The translations under genes were made by a program, and so were the position numbers. A model generated the notes under the pieces. The model worked only from the letters and a program-made list of their open reading frames with translations. It was not told the origin of the DNA and did not search any database. Below are positions 26,670 to 39,640 of a DNA stretch of 64,000 nucleotides, piece after piece. Positions within the stretch are counted from its first letter, which is position 1; every line of letters starts with the position of its first letter. This stretch comes from Vicugna vicugna (Eukaryota), in the NCBI GenBank assembly GCA_013265495.1, contig MU058423.1:7636721-7700720 (forward strand), written 5' to 3'.

Positions 26670-26798
26670 AATTTTTATTGGGGGGAGGTAATTAGGTTTA
26701 TTTATTTGCAAATTTTTTTAATGGAGGTACTGGGGATTGAACCTAGGAGCTGGAGCATGCTAAGCATGCACTCTACCACTGAGACATACCCTCCCCCC
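26670..26798 (-). mobile_element. Camelid tRNA-Ala(AGC)-derived SINE (vic-1 type)
   Basis: Minus strand reads ggggagggtatgtctcagtggtagagtgcatgcttagcatgc...ggttcaatccccagtacctcca, followed by aaacctaattacctcccccc and an A tail; A and B boxes present. Confidence 0.9.
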
Positions 26799-26915
26799 TA
26801 TTTTTTTTCTTTTTCTTTAATTGAAGTATAGTCGATTTACAATGTTGTGTTAGTCTCTGGTGCACAGCATAGTGATTCAGTTATGCATATATATATATGT
26901 ATATATGTATGTATA
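26799..26915 (-). mobile_element. Short L1 3' end; 15-bp TSD encloses it together with the SINE
   Basis: ttaattgaagtatagtcgatttacaatgttgtgttag; tcaagcatagtattt at 26646-26660 and 26916-26930. Confidence 0.85.
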
Positions 26916-28049
26916 TCAAGCATAGTATTTTTAAACCCCCTTTTATATATTTTGTATTTGTATATAATGATGAAGTTTGTCTTTGTGTTGTGTCTTCTCC
27001 CAGAAATAGCACACATTGTTATAAAATATTTAAAACAATTCTAGGTTACTAAACATTTTCCTAACATCTGTGGTATATCTTTGGACATGTGTTTTAATAT
27101 TGACCTGATTAGAGAGCTAACAAAAATTTCCCTTTTTAGTCATCATCAATGTTAATTATAATTTGTATAATCAGAATTGTATCATATAATATTGCTTCTT
27201 ATATTCAGTGCAATAATTCTATTCAGAGCCCATTGACTTCTCCAAAATAATCTAAATTTATGGTTTGCCATCAGTAAATATTTTTCAGACTTAAGTGTAA
27301 TTCACCTTACATTGCTTTTGATTAGAAATAAAGCTTTGGGTATAATCTATTCATCATTTAAGATAATTTTTTTGTATATATTTTTATAAGAAGTCACAAT
27401 TCTATAAAAATGTTTATTTTTAAAACTATTTAAAGGAGAATTGGTATTTTTTCTTCTCTACCAAACTGCTCTAAATGTCAGAAAATATAAGTAGAAATAA
27501 ATTAGTAATAATACAGAATATCAAGAAAGGATGGCTTTGCTGAATTCCATTTTAGTAAGTTCCATGAATACAGAAAGCAGGATGGATGGAACTGATGAAG
27601 GAACAAACACAGAGAATCTAGAGCATGAAATACACATAAAAGAAAATTACTACTAAAGTAACAGCAGTTTCAGAAATAACTCAGACTCAAACTCAATAAT
27701 ATCAGGAGTTCAAGGAGGCCATGACAATTCTGGTGTAAAGAAGTCAAGCAATGATTAGAAGAACTGTGCATGTGAAGCCCTTGCCACAGGAGAATGATGC
27801 CAAATACCTGCCAAGCAGAGAAGTACATCCCCCACCAAGCTCACAATGCCATGAATACCTTTAAAAAGTGAACGATCCTCAAGAGGAGGCATCGAGATAG
27901 AATGCCAGGATTGGAGAGAACAGTAAAAAGACTTCTGAGAATTCACAAAGACATCTATGAAGGAAAAATCAAAGGGGACCAACTGATTTTTTCCAGTCTA
28001 AAGTTATGAGGGTTGTTATCCAAAAGGGAGACATTTCAAAGGAGTTTCC

Positions 28050-28700
28050 CAGAGGCACTTTCCACTTTCAATCAGGACTTTATCTATACCCTTCTGCTCC
28101 ACTCAATGTCACCAATAACCTCTACATTACCCAATCTAATATTCAATTATTCATCTTCTCAGCATCATTTGAATAAATTAATCATAATCACTCCTGTTGG
28201 AAACATTTCCTTCACTTGACTTCTGTGATATTAAACTTCCCTGTTTTTCTTATTAGCATAGTGCTCTCTTCTTCGAACCTTTTCTCTTCTACAACTAAGA
28301 TCATCTGCTTGGTGAATAAGCCCATCTCATGACATTAAATACCAATGAAAGGATCAGACTTCCAGATCTGTATCCACATGAAACCCTTACCCGCAGTTCC
28401 ACACTTGTCTATCTGACAGCCTACAGGACAACTTCACTTGGATGTCTAGCAGCCATCACACTTATGACATGCAAAACTAGCTGACTGTCCTACAGAAACA
28501 TCTTTTTATCTGCATCTGTCTCCAGTTACAGTAAACATTCCCAACATTAACATAAATTGCTCAAGCAGAAAACTTGGAACCATCATTGACCCCTCTTTCT
28601 TTTTCATACTCCCATACAATTATAAAGTCTTGTTATCTCTATTCAAATTTGACTACTCAAAGTTGACAATTTCTCACTGTTCTATGATTATTTCACTTAA
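28050..28700 (+). mobile_element. L2 LINE body
   Basis: gtcaccaataacctc; ctcagcatcatttga; acttcacttggatgtcta; ttgctcaagcagaaaacttggaaccatcattgac. Confidence 0.7.
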
Positions 28701-29011
28701 TCAATATATGCAAATAACTCACAAGTGTCAATATATATTTAAAAAACAGATAAAACTCAATAGTTAATATGACAAGATGAATATAATGAAGATTAGCATA
28801 AAGAAAAATATATAAAATCAGGAATCCAAATTATTCTAACAAAGAATCATTGGAGAAAATGACAAATGAAATAAAAGAAAATCTTCTTTTGCATTACCAC
28901 CATTTAATTTTGTACATAAAATTTTGATCAATGCAATTTTTGAACTTTTATTTACCATTATAACTTTTTAATGAATTGTGTAATATTGTATATAAATATC
29001 TGAAAGTTGGT

Positions 29012-29223
29012 TTTTTAAAAATTTTATTGAAGTATTGTCAGTTTACAATGTTGTGTCCATTTCTGGTGTACAGCATAAGAGTTCAGTCATACGTATACAT
29101 AACATATATTCCTTTTCATATTCTTTTTCATTATAGGTCATTACAAGCTATTGAATATAGTTTCCTATGCTATACAGTATGAACTTGTGTTTATCTATGT
29201 TATATATAGTAGTTAGTATCTGT
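29012..29223 (-). mobile_element. Short L1 3' end with imperfect TSD
   Basis: ttattgaagtattgtcagtttacaatgttgtg; ttgaatatagtttcctatgctatacagta; flanks taaatatctgaaagttggtttt / taaatatcgaaagttgatttt. Confidence 0.85.
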
Positions 29224-29299
29224 AAATATCGAAAGTTGATTTTTAATACTGTATGTTTGGAATGCTTTATATCAATATATGTAAATGAATTTTATTTGC

Positions 29300-29830
29300 T
29301 TAAACTTCTGCATTGAGGTTGATTATGCAACTGAATACCTAGTTGAGCTGAAAGATGAAGTCATAGGTTACTTACCTATTTTTCCTACAGAAGGACATTT
29401 ACTTGTCTCTATTTTTCTATTCTAGGACAAAGAGTGATAGAAGTTACCTGATTTTACTCATCAATTTAGCCAAAAGTGCAAGAGTTTCTCTTATAAACAG
29501 ACTTTCTGTGTCACTGGGTATATAAGCTTTAATTTTACTAGATGTAGTCCAGTTAATTTCTAAAGTGGTTGTGCCAATGAATTTCCACTCTAGCACTGTA
29601 CTGAAGTTACTTTTCCCACTTGCAAGCCAACACTAGCTGTCATCAGACTTAATAATTTCTGTAAATCTGATGACTCGAAATTAGTGTCTTACTACTTTGA
29701 TATGTATACTATTGATTATGAAGAAAACTGAACAGCTTTTCCAATCTTTGTTTTTCATTTCTCCTGTTGTGCATTTACATTTTTAAAGAAATCCTTTCCT
29801 AACTACAACATAATAAAGATATTCTCCAAA
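29300..29830 (-). mobile_element. Old L1 (L1ME-type) fragment
   Basis: taaagtggttgtgccaat...ttccactctagcactgta...gccaacactag...catcagactt. Confidence 0.55.
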
Positions 29831-32800
29831 AGATAATAAAAATGTATTCATATATTTTGCCTGTGTTTTGATAATCAACAACTTAAAGCATGGAATAACC
29901 TTAGAAAAACAGCACTTATCCTGAGCCTCAATGATCCTAGCTGTAAAGTGGGGATACTAAGGGTGGTTGTGACAACTAAATGTGCATCTTTGCCTCATTT
30001 AACTCACTTTCTGATTTTATAATTTACTCATGTTCATCCATGTGGTCCCAGCATATTTTTAACTACTGAAAAGCATTTCACTATTGGAACACCTCTGGTG
30101 TATTTCTTCTTTCTGCTCTTGAAAGGGAGAAATCAGAGAAATCTTTAAGAAATAGTATTTGACCTGAACTTTGAAGAACACATAGGCTTTTACCACAGAG
30201 ATGGTAGAGGAAAAATAACTGTGCTCCTGAAAGGCATTTTCTTTCATCTAGGTAACTTCAACCTCAATAGTTTTGCTTTTACAGAAATAATTTATCTTTT
30301 AATCTCTTTGACTGAAAACATTAAAGTTATTTTCAAACTCCTGGTCCATTCAAAGTTACAAATGATTATAACAACAATTATAGTGGCCATGTTTCTTTCA
30401 GATACACCCCTAATTGAACCAAAGAAAAAAAGCCTCTGCATTTTAATGGCTTTGGTTTGTGGGAAATGAATTTTAATGATACACTCAAGTGGAGTTCCAG
30501 TGATTAGGGCTTCTATCACTTCATGTTTCACTGAAAGCAGTTTTGGGAAAGGTTGTTCCAGAACCTCCTCTTTGAAATAATAGAGCACGCTTAGAAAATG
30601 AAATTCTCTGTTCTTTTCTTGAGTAAAAAAAAAAAAAGCTCTTTCAAAAATACTTTCTCATCTTTTATTACTGTGAAAAAATTATTTTACTTTTGGCCTT
30701 TTTGGACTGATATTGTAAAATTGTGCTTTCTACACCAAAAATGGTCCCCTTAGAATATAGCAGATTTTCATTTATTTGATTATATTTGAAGCCAAGTAAA
30801 TTTGATAACATTAGAAATCTTTTAAAATCAACCATAATCATTTGTAAAGTTACTAATCTCAGCATATCATACAACATGCTTTTAAGTTCTTGATGTTCAG
30901 TTATTAACGTATATCATCTTCATTCTATATACCAAGAAGATCATTCACCATTTATATTGAGATTCAGTTATGTTCAAATATTCTTAAATACAATGTATTA
31001 CTTCCTTGAATTGTTCTGGATTCTAGACATTCTTTTAGGGATTCTAAAAATTTTAGGGATTTTTTAAAATAAATACATTAATGCTTCCTGAAATAATTCT
31101 TAGAACACAAAAAACTCTTCCAGAGAAAAAGATGAGAAATACATACATATATATATATATAAAACTTGTAGCATTTTTTTAATTGAAATTTCTTGAATTA
31201 AACATTTAATTTTTGTTTCCTTTTTTTTTCCTTTGCTTGTTTGTCAAATAGCTGTTTGGAATCAGTCTAGGTTTAGAAAATGATGTTTCATGAGATTATA
31301 TTTGATACATCACTTTTCTTGTTTAGAATATTTTCTATTTGTAAGAAAAATGCCTTTACTTTTCTGCTCGCCTCTTACTCTCCTAGATTTGATTTAACTC
31401 ATTTATTAATGAGGGAACCAAGAAAATGTCGCTACCAGTTCAGAGCATTTAAGATGGTAGGATATTCACAGTCAATATAAAAGGAGAATGTTTTGATAAG
31501 ATTGCTGAGCTACATATAAAATTAATGTACAACAAGCCATAAATATTTGGAGTTCTCTCTAACACTGGGCAGAAATTATTTGCATCTCTACTTGACAAAA
31601 TTCCAGAAGTCAAGCAACCCCACTATATATGGGACTTTTGGTCGATAGCAACAAAGAAATTAATTTAGTATATTCCCCAATCATGTATAGACACTGCACC
31701 ACATGATATTGATGGCATGTTCTTTTGGGTCATATTTCCAGGTTGTGGATAATTTTTTATACAAACTCTTTTAGCACCTAATATAGTTGCAGAATTTAGT
31801 TTTGTTGACAAATCAATGGCATTTTCATTTTTTTCTCTCACATACATATCACTTTCTCATTTTCTCAAAGAACAGGGATGGCCCCAAACAATGAACAAAG
31901 CACAATTGCCACTTTCTCTCTTTTTAAAATTAATTTCAGAATTAACCTAGAACATTTTCCCGCTTCAGGGACCCAAATCATTTACTTTCTTATTCTAAAA
32001 TTTTTCTGTGGTGATTTCATAGTAGCAAGAATTCTTATTGATTAAAATTCCTCAAGCCAAGATTTTTGTATTTGATTGCTTGATTTGGTTTCATCTGCTT
32101 GTATTTTTAATCAGAAAGTAACCATATACTAGCTAAAATTCGATAATATATCTTATTCCTTCCCTCTGAAGCTGAACTTCTAACAGAATTCTTTAAAAAG
32201 CTTCTGCTTGTGCTGAGCCCAATAGAATTACACTTGCAGTCACTAATAAAAGACCATCATGTGGAACCTCTTTAGAAACTGGAGGCTGTACTTCCAAAAT
32301 AAAAGATTAACCCACTTCTCCTTTCTCTCTCTCTCTACATATTTTAGTCCAAATTGATAAAGCAGTTTCTGCACTGTCTCCCACCTATGCACTTTATCAT
32401 GTCTGTCCATTTAGAAGATATCAAAATTTTTCTTCAATACATTAAAAAAAGAGAGAATCATGGTAATATGATTACTTAATTAAAAATAATTTAATGTGCT
32501 GGATTAACATTGTGTTGAAAGGAGGCTGGAAGAGTTACCTGGCAATTGATCAAGGTGCTTAATCTTTGAAGACAACACTCACATAAAAATAGTTCATAAA
32601 TCTGAAAGTCTGATTACTTTGGCAGTAGTGGGAACATTTTTACAAAAGGAAATTCAATTAATGAGAAAAGGAACTTTAATAATACTGAAACAGTGTTCCA
32701 AAGCTTTTTCTCTTAGGTATCCTTTTGTGGGTTATACGCATATTTCACTGAACGCATTTAAAGCAAGCAAGGTAGCCGCCACAGTTATTTTAAAGCTAAA

Positions 32801-35800
32801 GAACTTCAGTAGAGAGACAAACAATAAATACAAAAACAGCTTCACACATGTTGTGGTGGCATACCTTTGATATAAGCAACATTGTGTGTTGACTGTTATT
32901 CATCCTATGGCTATAAATTGAGTTTGTATAGTCACTGCAAATGATCTCACTGTTAAGAGTCTCTGTCGGTTTTTTTGAGGCACCAGCTGGACACACCTAA
33001 TAATCAGACTCCTACTGACTATCCTCCTATAATAAATGAACTGGTTTAATCTAAAAGCATACGTTCAATACGAATCCAAAATTTGACTTGTTGTAGTTTG
33101 ACAGCATGCAAGCCTGGTGTGTACCGCACTCCTTTGAAGATAGGGATATATTTTTCTTTTGAACTTAAAATTACAAAACTTCATATAATAAGAAATGCTT
33201 TTCATGGAGAGAGAGATAAAATCGTCTCAAGATAACAGGTGCTCAGAATCAACACCTTCAAAAAGACGTTTTAAGGGCTATTAGTGCCCTTGATCAATGG
33301 CTAGGTCTTTGATGACACTGGATGATAAAAAATAATGAGCCATGTAATGGTGTACATAAAGAAATATTCTCCAACAAATACGATGAATGGACTTGATGCT
33401 ATTAGAACTGGAGGAAATACTTTCCCCCAATATGTGTCTATCTGACCTAAATCCATATATATTCAAGTAATGAAGCTGAAAGTGGTTCCATCATTGCTAG
33501 CAGCTTCATGTGTCTTGTACCACATGATTTTAGAATCACTCTATGACACTTCTACAGAAGCAATGCAATAGAACACCATTCTCAATCATGCCAGAGATTG
33601 TCATGACATACCTCTGTAACAGGAAATTTTGTATAAATTTATGATATAGAAAAGAGAGAACAACATGGACTTGTAAATCAATTTCAAAATTCAATAACCA
33701 AGAAATGTCTCCTTATGACAATTTAAGAAACTATAAGCTTTTTATGATAACTTTGCTGGAAGACAAGACAAACACCTGTCATATGGTTGTTGATCTATTT
33801 TAATAAAATAACTTCCTAAAATAGTTTTAAAAATTAATAACATTGTCAGGATTTATTGTGTTACACAAAAGGAGAATAGAGCGTAGAACAATTATAAATT
33901 ATTGTCTCAGCATCCATCAATTAAGGTTAGAAATTTACAGGCACCACCTCTCAGTTTGACAACATGAGGGGAAAAAAAATCAGTAAGTACTCCTATGAAG
34001 AGTATGTTGGACTGACAGCAAAAAAATAAAAGACCGGGTGGACTCTTCATCTAAAACAGAATGCTTTTATATACAAAACAAAACCCTCGAGTGAGGTTGT
34101 AGAAAAGTCTGCTGGTATGGAAATATGTTTAAGACATTGTTTTTCCCTCTATCTCCATCCTTAGTGTAGGTCAGGCACTCAAGGGTGCTGAATAATGAAT
34201 GAGGCTTGCCCCAGCAAAGATAAACCAATTTCTAGTCTAAAGGAAGCATTTACAATAACTCAGAGCTCAAGCTCCTGTGTTGCCATCTCTGCAGCCACGC
34301 TGCAAAGAGGAAACAGACATAGGCGTGTTCCTTAAAAACGTACTGTCATCCTCAATCTTCTTTTGTATACAATGGACCAGTCTTGCTAGTCAGTCTCAAT
34401 GGTGCTAAAATATTCTAAGGACAAATCACTAGAAAACACATATGCAACAAAAGGGTCAAGAGTATTTACCTTGTGACTGCAAGGTTTGCATTCTGTTGTG
34501 TTTCCCCCTATACCTAATGATTTTAATTTTCCTTGCTCTTAATTTATTTCAGACAGCCAGTCTGAAAGATGCTACCTTTTAATGTTTTTCTTTGCATATT
34601 TTACTTCTTTCAATTACAGTTACCTAAGGAGTTATCCTAGAATAAGGAAGACTACAGCCCTTGGTTGAGATGATATTCAATTTCAACAACGGCAGAAGTG
34701 TGCCAAGAGTTCTTTTCTTATTTTTAAGCCGATAGCGTTTTGAGAGCAAAAGAAATATTAGCTAAGACAAGCAATGAAAATTTTATATGATTTAAGAGCA
34801 CAACGCTTTCTCTATAGAATACTATGGTTTGCAGCAAACTCCACATCAACTATGAAATACAAAAGTAGAGAGATCTATTATTATGTACTGTTATACCCAT
34901 ATTGCTTCCAAATAGAATATATATTAATTCAGACATCTGACATTGCTTGATATCAGCACAGCATGATCTAGCTTCTGAGTTCCTTGACTCTCTTTCTTTT
35001 AACCAAAACAAAAATACATTTTTTTCTGTATTTTCTCAGATACTCAGATATTAATTATAGGGATTTGAGAAGAAAAGATGCACCCACTTGCGAGTGGTTA
35101 ATTAGCTTACACAAGACATGAATCATGGGCCCAGGCACGATTCTGTATCACTTTAATCATAATGTTTAAAAGATAAAACATATTTCCTGCAGCTAGTGTT
35201 GTTTCTATTTTATCTGCAAGGTTTCTATATATTCAAGGAGAGTATTTTTAGATTTTAACTAATTTCAGGAAATATACAATAAACATGTGCTTGATACAAA
35301 CATAACAGCTTTTAAAATCATTATTTCATTTGCTTCATCCAGAACTTCTCCCAGTGCAGGTAAAAACATCTGTCCCATAAAAATTCACTGTTTGAAAATG
35401 CCTTCCAAAAATCCAAAATGTTTCAAAAATTTTAGATATATATCTTCTGGCATATAATAAGATGGGCAATTTTTAGCAAAATTGAGAATATAATTTATGT
35501 AAGTGTAGAAAAGAGTTTAAAGCCCTTAATACAGAAAATTTTATTTCTTGACATACTATCCATACACGCAGAACATGACCAAGCTTAAAGGTATTTCTAT
35601 TTCCAAGGTCAAAGGACAAATTTTATTTTAAAGGAAGAGATTTTTGGCACATAATCCATATTTTTCCCTAAGGGATAATACGCCCATACATGGCAACATT
35701 CAGTAGTAACATGAGCTCTGAATAACACTACTACACAAGCACTATTTTCATTAAAATGTGGATAGCAAATCACTGTCCTCATATGGGTCATCTTATATAA

Positions 35801-36884
35801 TATTTTTTTTCCATAAGCTTCATGTCACTTGGTGCTTTAGCAGAAGTGGCATACCTTACTCCAAGCTATTTAGTCACAGGACTGAGATAAGCAGATGCTC
35901 ACTATGATGGACATTTGCAACTGTAATGTATTTAGGACTCTGTTGATCAGACATGAGATCTTGAAAAGGGACTGACATTTGATTAGAGAACTGGTGACAG
36001 GACAGAAATTGTTTTCTGCAGTATAGCTGTTGCAATTTGGAATATGCTGAAATAAATCTGTGCTCAAGATTCGTAATCATCAGAAGAAATGCCTGTGAAC
36101 TAGTTTTTAAATAACCATTAGGACACATTTCTGAAATGTTCTCTTGCAAAGCTTATTTCTGTCCACAAAAATCTCTATAAATGCTTTCACCAGATAAACC
36201 AGAATAGAACGTTTTCACTTCCTCAAATATTTCAGATGTTAAAATATTGTACATCTAATTTGTAAATAAAGTACCATAAAGGACAATAAATAAGGATACA
36301 CTGAAATGATTAAGATATACTCATTGTGTATGATTTAGTGAATAAGTTACTTAACATTAGAGAAAAATGTCAAAGTAGCTTTATTATCCTAGCTGAATAT
36401 ATTAGCATAAAGAATAGCAAATAGAGACTGACTAATTACTCCTACTGTTCTACAGTTTAGTTGTGTTTTAAATGAGGGAGAGAAGGCTATAACTAAAATA
36501 AAAAACACAGTATCAATGGGTTTCATGGCAATAAGTGAGGTTATCAACAGATCAATAAATGACCTCTTTGACCTAACTGACTAATATTTTAAATGACCAT
36601 TCTGATTAAAGATTTATGACTGTTGAAAAGTTAAATAATTTATTTAATCAGGGAAGAGTGTGGCATAGGCAAAAAAGTCACTTGGTTCAAGTCGAGAATC
36701 CTGTTTTCTGATACCACTGCATCCACTGAATAATCTTCCTTATATTCTCAAACCCTCAGTCCAATCATACGATGTTTACTCTGGCAAGAGCATAGGTAAG
36801 TTATCCTTTGCCTATGCATCTATGAACACTTTAATTCGCATTTTCCATAGACTGCTGATATAATATAAGAACAGCTCTTAATTG

Positions 36885-36908
36885 TGTATGTGTTGCCGAC
36901 GCAAGCAT
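36885..36908 (-). pseudogene. Tailless U6 snRNA 5'-fragment retrocopy with perfect 16-bp TSD
   Basis: Insert reads ATGCTTGCGTCGGCAACACATACA on minus, 19/24 identical to U6 nt 1-24 (GTGCTCGCTTCGGCAGCACATATA); gaacagctcttaattg at 36869-36884 and 36909-36924. Confidence 0.7.
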
Positions 36909-37109
36909 GAACAGCTCTTAATTGCAGCTTAGAATTTTTATAAATATGGACCAAATTTGTTTCATTAGAGGAGGTCCAGCTTAAGTGGAAATATATATTA
37001 TTATTTATAATAAGCTACTTGACTTAAGCAGATCTTTATTATCTATGATTATAAATCTCATAAAAACAAACAGAATAAAAACAAAAAAGTTTTCGATCAC
37101 AGAAGTGTA

Positions 37110-38030
37110 GTGAGTTAAAAGGTGACCACGGGAGTTCCTCTAGCATGGCCAAATAACCCCTAAGAGAACAATGACACAGCAGATAATAAACATAAGGTGT
37201 GGACAAAACATTTAGGGAAAAAAGCCCCCAAAACACAAGAGCCACTTGCATGCACTAGAGGGTAAACAAATCTAGACAGAACTGGAGAGAAGTTGAAACC
37301 TGGATGAAGAGAGCAGAGCTTGAGAACTTCATATTTCTATCACATTTAGCCAAACGGTACCCCCGCCCCAGTCTGCACCAAATGGGTTGGCTAAGACGCT
37401 GACAGAAAACACAAAGTCACACTGTCTAGCAGAATTAAAGGATAGCATTCAAGCCACCACAGCCACCAGAAAGAGAAAATGCAAATTCTTGAAAAGAGGA
37501 TGCCAGAAAAGAGAAGCTCAGATTAGGGTAACAGCTAACTATCTGACAGATCTCTGCACCAGCCGTGCACAGGGCAAACTTCAAGCAGATAACTAAATCA
37601 AAGGTGGAGTTTAGTGTTAGAGTTAAATCTACTTTAACAATCCCTCCTTGGCAGAACCTAACTTAATTCAAATTTCCTACAACATAAAATTCAAAATATC
37701 CAAGACAAAAATCCAGAATTAACTATCACAGAAAGAAGAAAACACGACCCACTTCTTAAAAGACAAAACAAACAAACAAAAAAATCAATGCAATAGAGAC
37801 CAACGGTAGATAAAGCAAATGTTAGGTTTACAGAGAAAAAAATGAAAACACAGATTATAACTACTCAAGGAGGATGAACTGATAGGTTAATAGAGAAATA
37901 GAGAGATGGACAGATATGCAATAAAGAGGTATGTTAAAAATGTTAACTGTAGAATCAAGATTATGTTCATTTCAAATTTCTTTCAGGTTTTATGTGTGTT
38001 TAAAATTTTGTCATTATAAAGAGATGAAAA
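37110..38030 (+). mobile_element. Old L1 remnants (5'/ORF1-like region, then 3' UTR piece)
   Basis: cctacaacataaaattcaaaatatccaaga...aaaatccagaattaact; aaaatgttaactgtagaatc. Confidence 0.45.
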
Positions 38031-38756
38031 AGAACAAATGCTTTACAAGAATCAAAAGTACTATAATCCTGAAGAGAAATATTATTTGTTTGTTAGTAAA
38101 ATAAAGTATATTTTAATAAACTTGTCACATGCATATAAATCTTTTTGGTCAACTGGCCTAGTCAATTTTATTTTTATTTTATATTTATTTATCTGATAAT
38201 GTTGAGAAGGATATATCAGCATAGTGACTGAACTTATGTTTATATGTGAACAGTTAATTATTATCAGGAAAAAGAAGAGCTGTGTGGTAGAGTGAATGTG
38301 TACAAGGTTTGAATGTTAAGAAAATTATTTTACACAGCAGTCAGTCTTTTCCCAACTGACATTATTCAAGTCAATTTTCTCTGAACTTATAGTTCTTCAA
38401 TTTATAAAATGTAGTTAATTTTACATATCCCTTAGGATTATTCTAAGATCAAATGAGAAAATGTATTTTGAAAGTATTACAGCAACTAGAAGCATGCACA
38501 AAAAATATGATCATTATATAATAAGTAGGAAAAAAGATACTTGGCCTATTTCAAGGGGTCTCAAAGTCAGTACCCTGTTGGGTACTCTTGCATCATACCC
38601 TTTGGTTAGTTATTAGAAATATTCAGTTCTTCACTGTTATGAGGATAAAATGAGATAAAGCCTATGAGCACATGTCATAAAATATACAGTGCTAAAATAA
38701 TGTATTATTAACTAATAGAACTATTATTTTTTAGTTTTACTTTGATTAATACAACC

Positions 38757-38884
38757 ATTTTGATCACTATTTAATAGAAGATATAGAAATTGCAGATATG
38801 TATCACACATGTATATAATTATATGCATATATGTAAGGGTTTATATAATACTTTGATCATACACTATTAAATAGTGGTTAAAAT
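38757..38884. repeat. Inverted repeat / hairpin, ~130 bp
   Basis: Arms 38757-38777 and 38864-38884 are 19/21 complementary; central near-palindrome atgtatataattatatgcat. Confidence 0.75.
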
Positions 38885-39462
38885 TTCTTGATATCTACAA
38901 ATACAGATAGATACAAATAAATATTCTTTCTAATGGATTATCTCACTATGTAAGTACATTTTCTAATAAGGTTAGCTTTTGCTAACATAAAACTTGCTTT
39001 GAATTCTGTGTGCCACATTGTAGTCAGATAATGAAGTGACTACAACTAATTTACAAGAAAAATTACATATATATGAGGAAGTTTTGCCAACATAGGTAAT
39101 CGTTTTTGACAGTTAAAAATTTATTCGGAATAGTTAAAACAGTTTCATTTCTAAGACTCGTATCTTACAATACAGTATATTACATGAGCCATTCATATAT
39201 ATGTATATATATGTACATACACATATAATAGCTTACTGTTAACTGCAAGTAGCTTCAACTAATTAGAAAGCTGTATAACCTTCATAATAGACCTACGCAC
39301 TGGATGTTGGAGCTGCAAGTTGACCCTGACTGATCTGCCCAAAGGCTGGTCTCCAAAAGTCTCAGCAACAGGCAATATAGGACAATAAAATAAGACCTAT
39401 TCATGAAACTAACCACAATGCTTTCAAGAACAAAATAGGACTATCATTTTGAGAGGCTAAAT

Positions 39463-39640
39463 CCTATGGTTTCCAACCCTGACAGATGATTTAAAAAACC
39501 TGGGCAACAATTTAAAAATACAGTTTCCTAAAAAACAAAGATCTAATAAATCAGAATCTCTGGAAGGTGGAGCTTGAAAATGTTTATTTTTTGAGAGCCC
39601 TCTATTGATTCATAAGATCATTCAAGTGTGGGAAATACTC
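39463..39640. mobile_element. hAT-Charlie MITE (MER5-like)
   Basis: tggtttccaaccctg...acctggg...tttaaaaatacag...aaatcagaatctctgg...tgattc...aagtgtgggaaatact. Confidence 0.65.

Noticed and set aside
26720..26798. Functional tRNA-Ala(AGC) gene
   Set aside because: Substitutions in the D arm and variable region, a SINE-specific tail and a TSD indicate a SINE copy
31350..31465. Plus-strand acceptor (ctcttactctcctAG) with donor atg|gtagga; similar isolated acceptors near 20971 and 48800
   Set aside because: Weak or missing partner sites and no recognisable peptide; such pseudo-sites are common in intronic DNA
32865..32996. 132-nt in-frame minus-strand exon candidate (VCPAGASKK...LLISK|gtatgc)
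   Set aside because: The acceptor lacks a pyrimidine tract and the peptide is unrecognised
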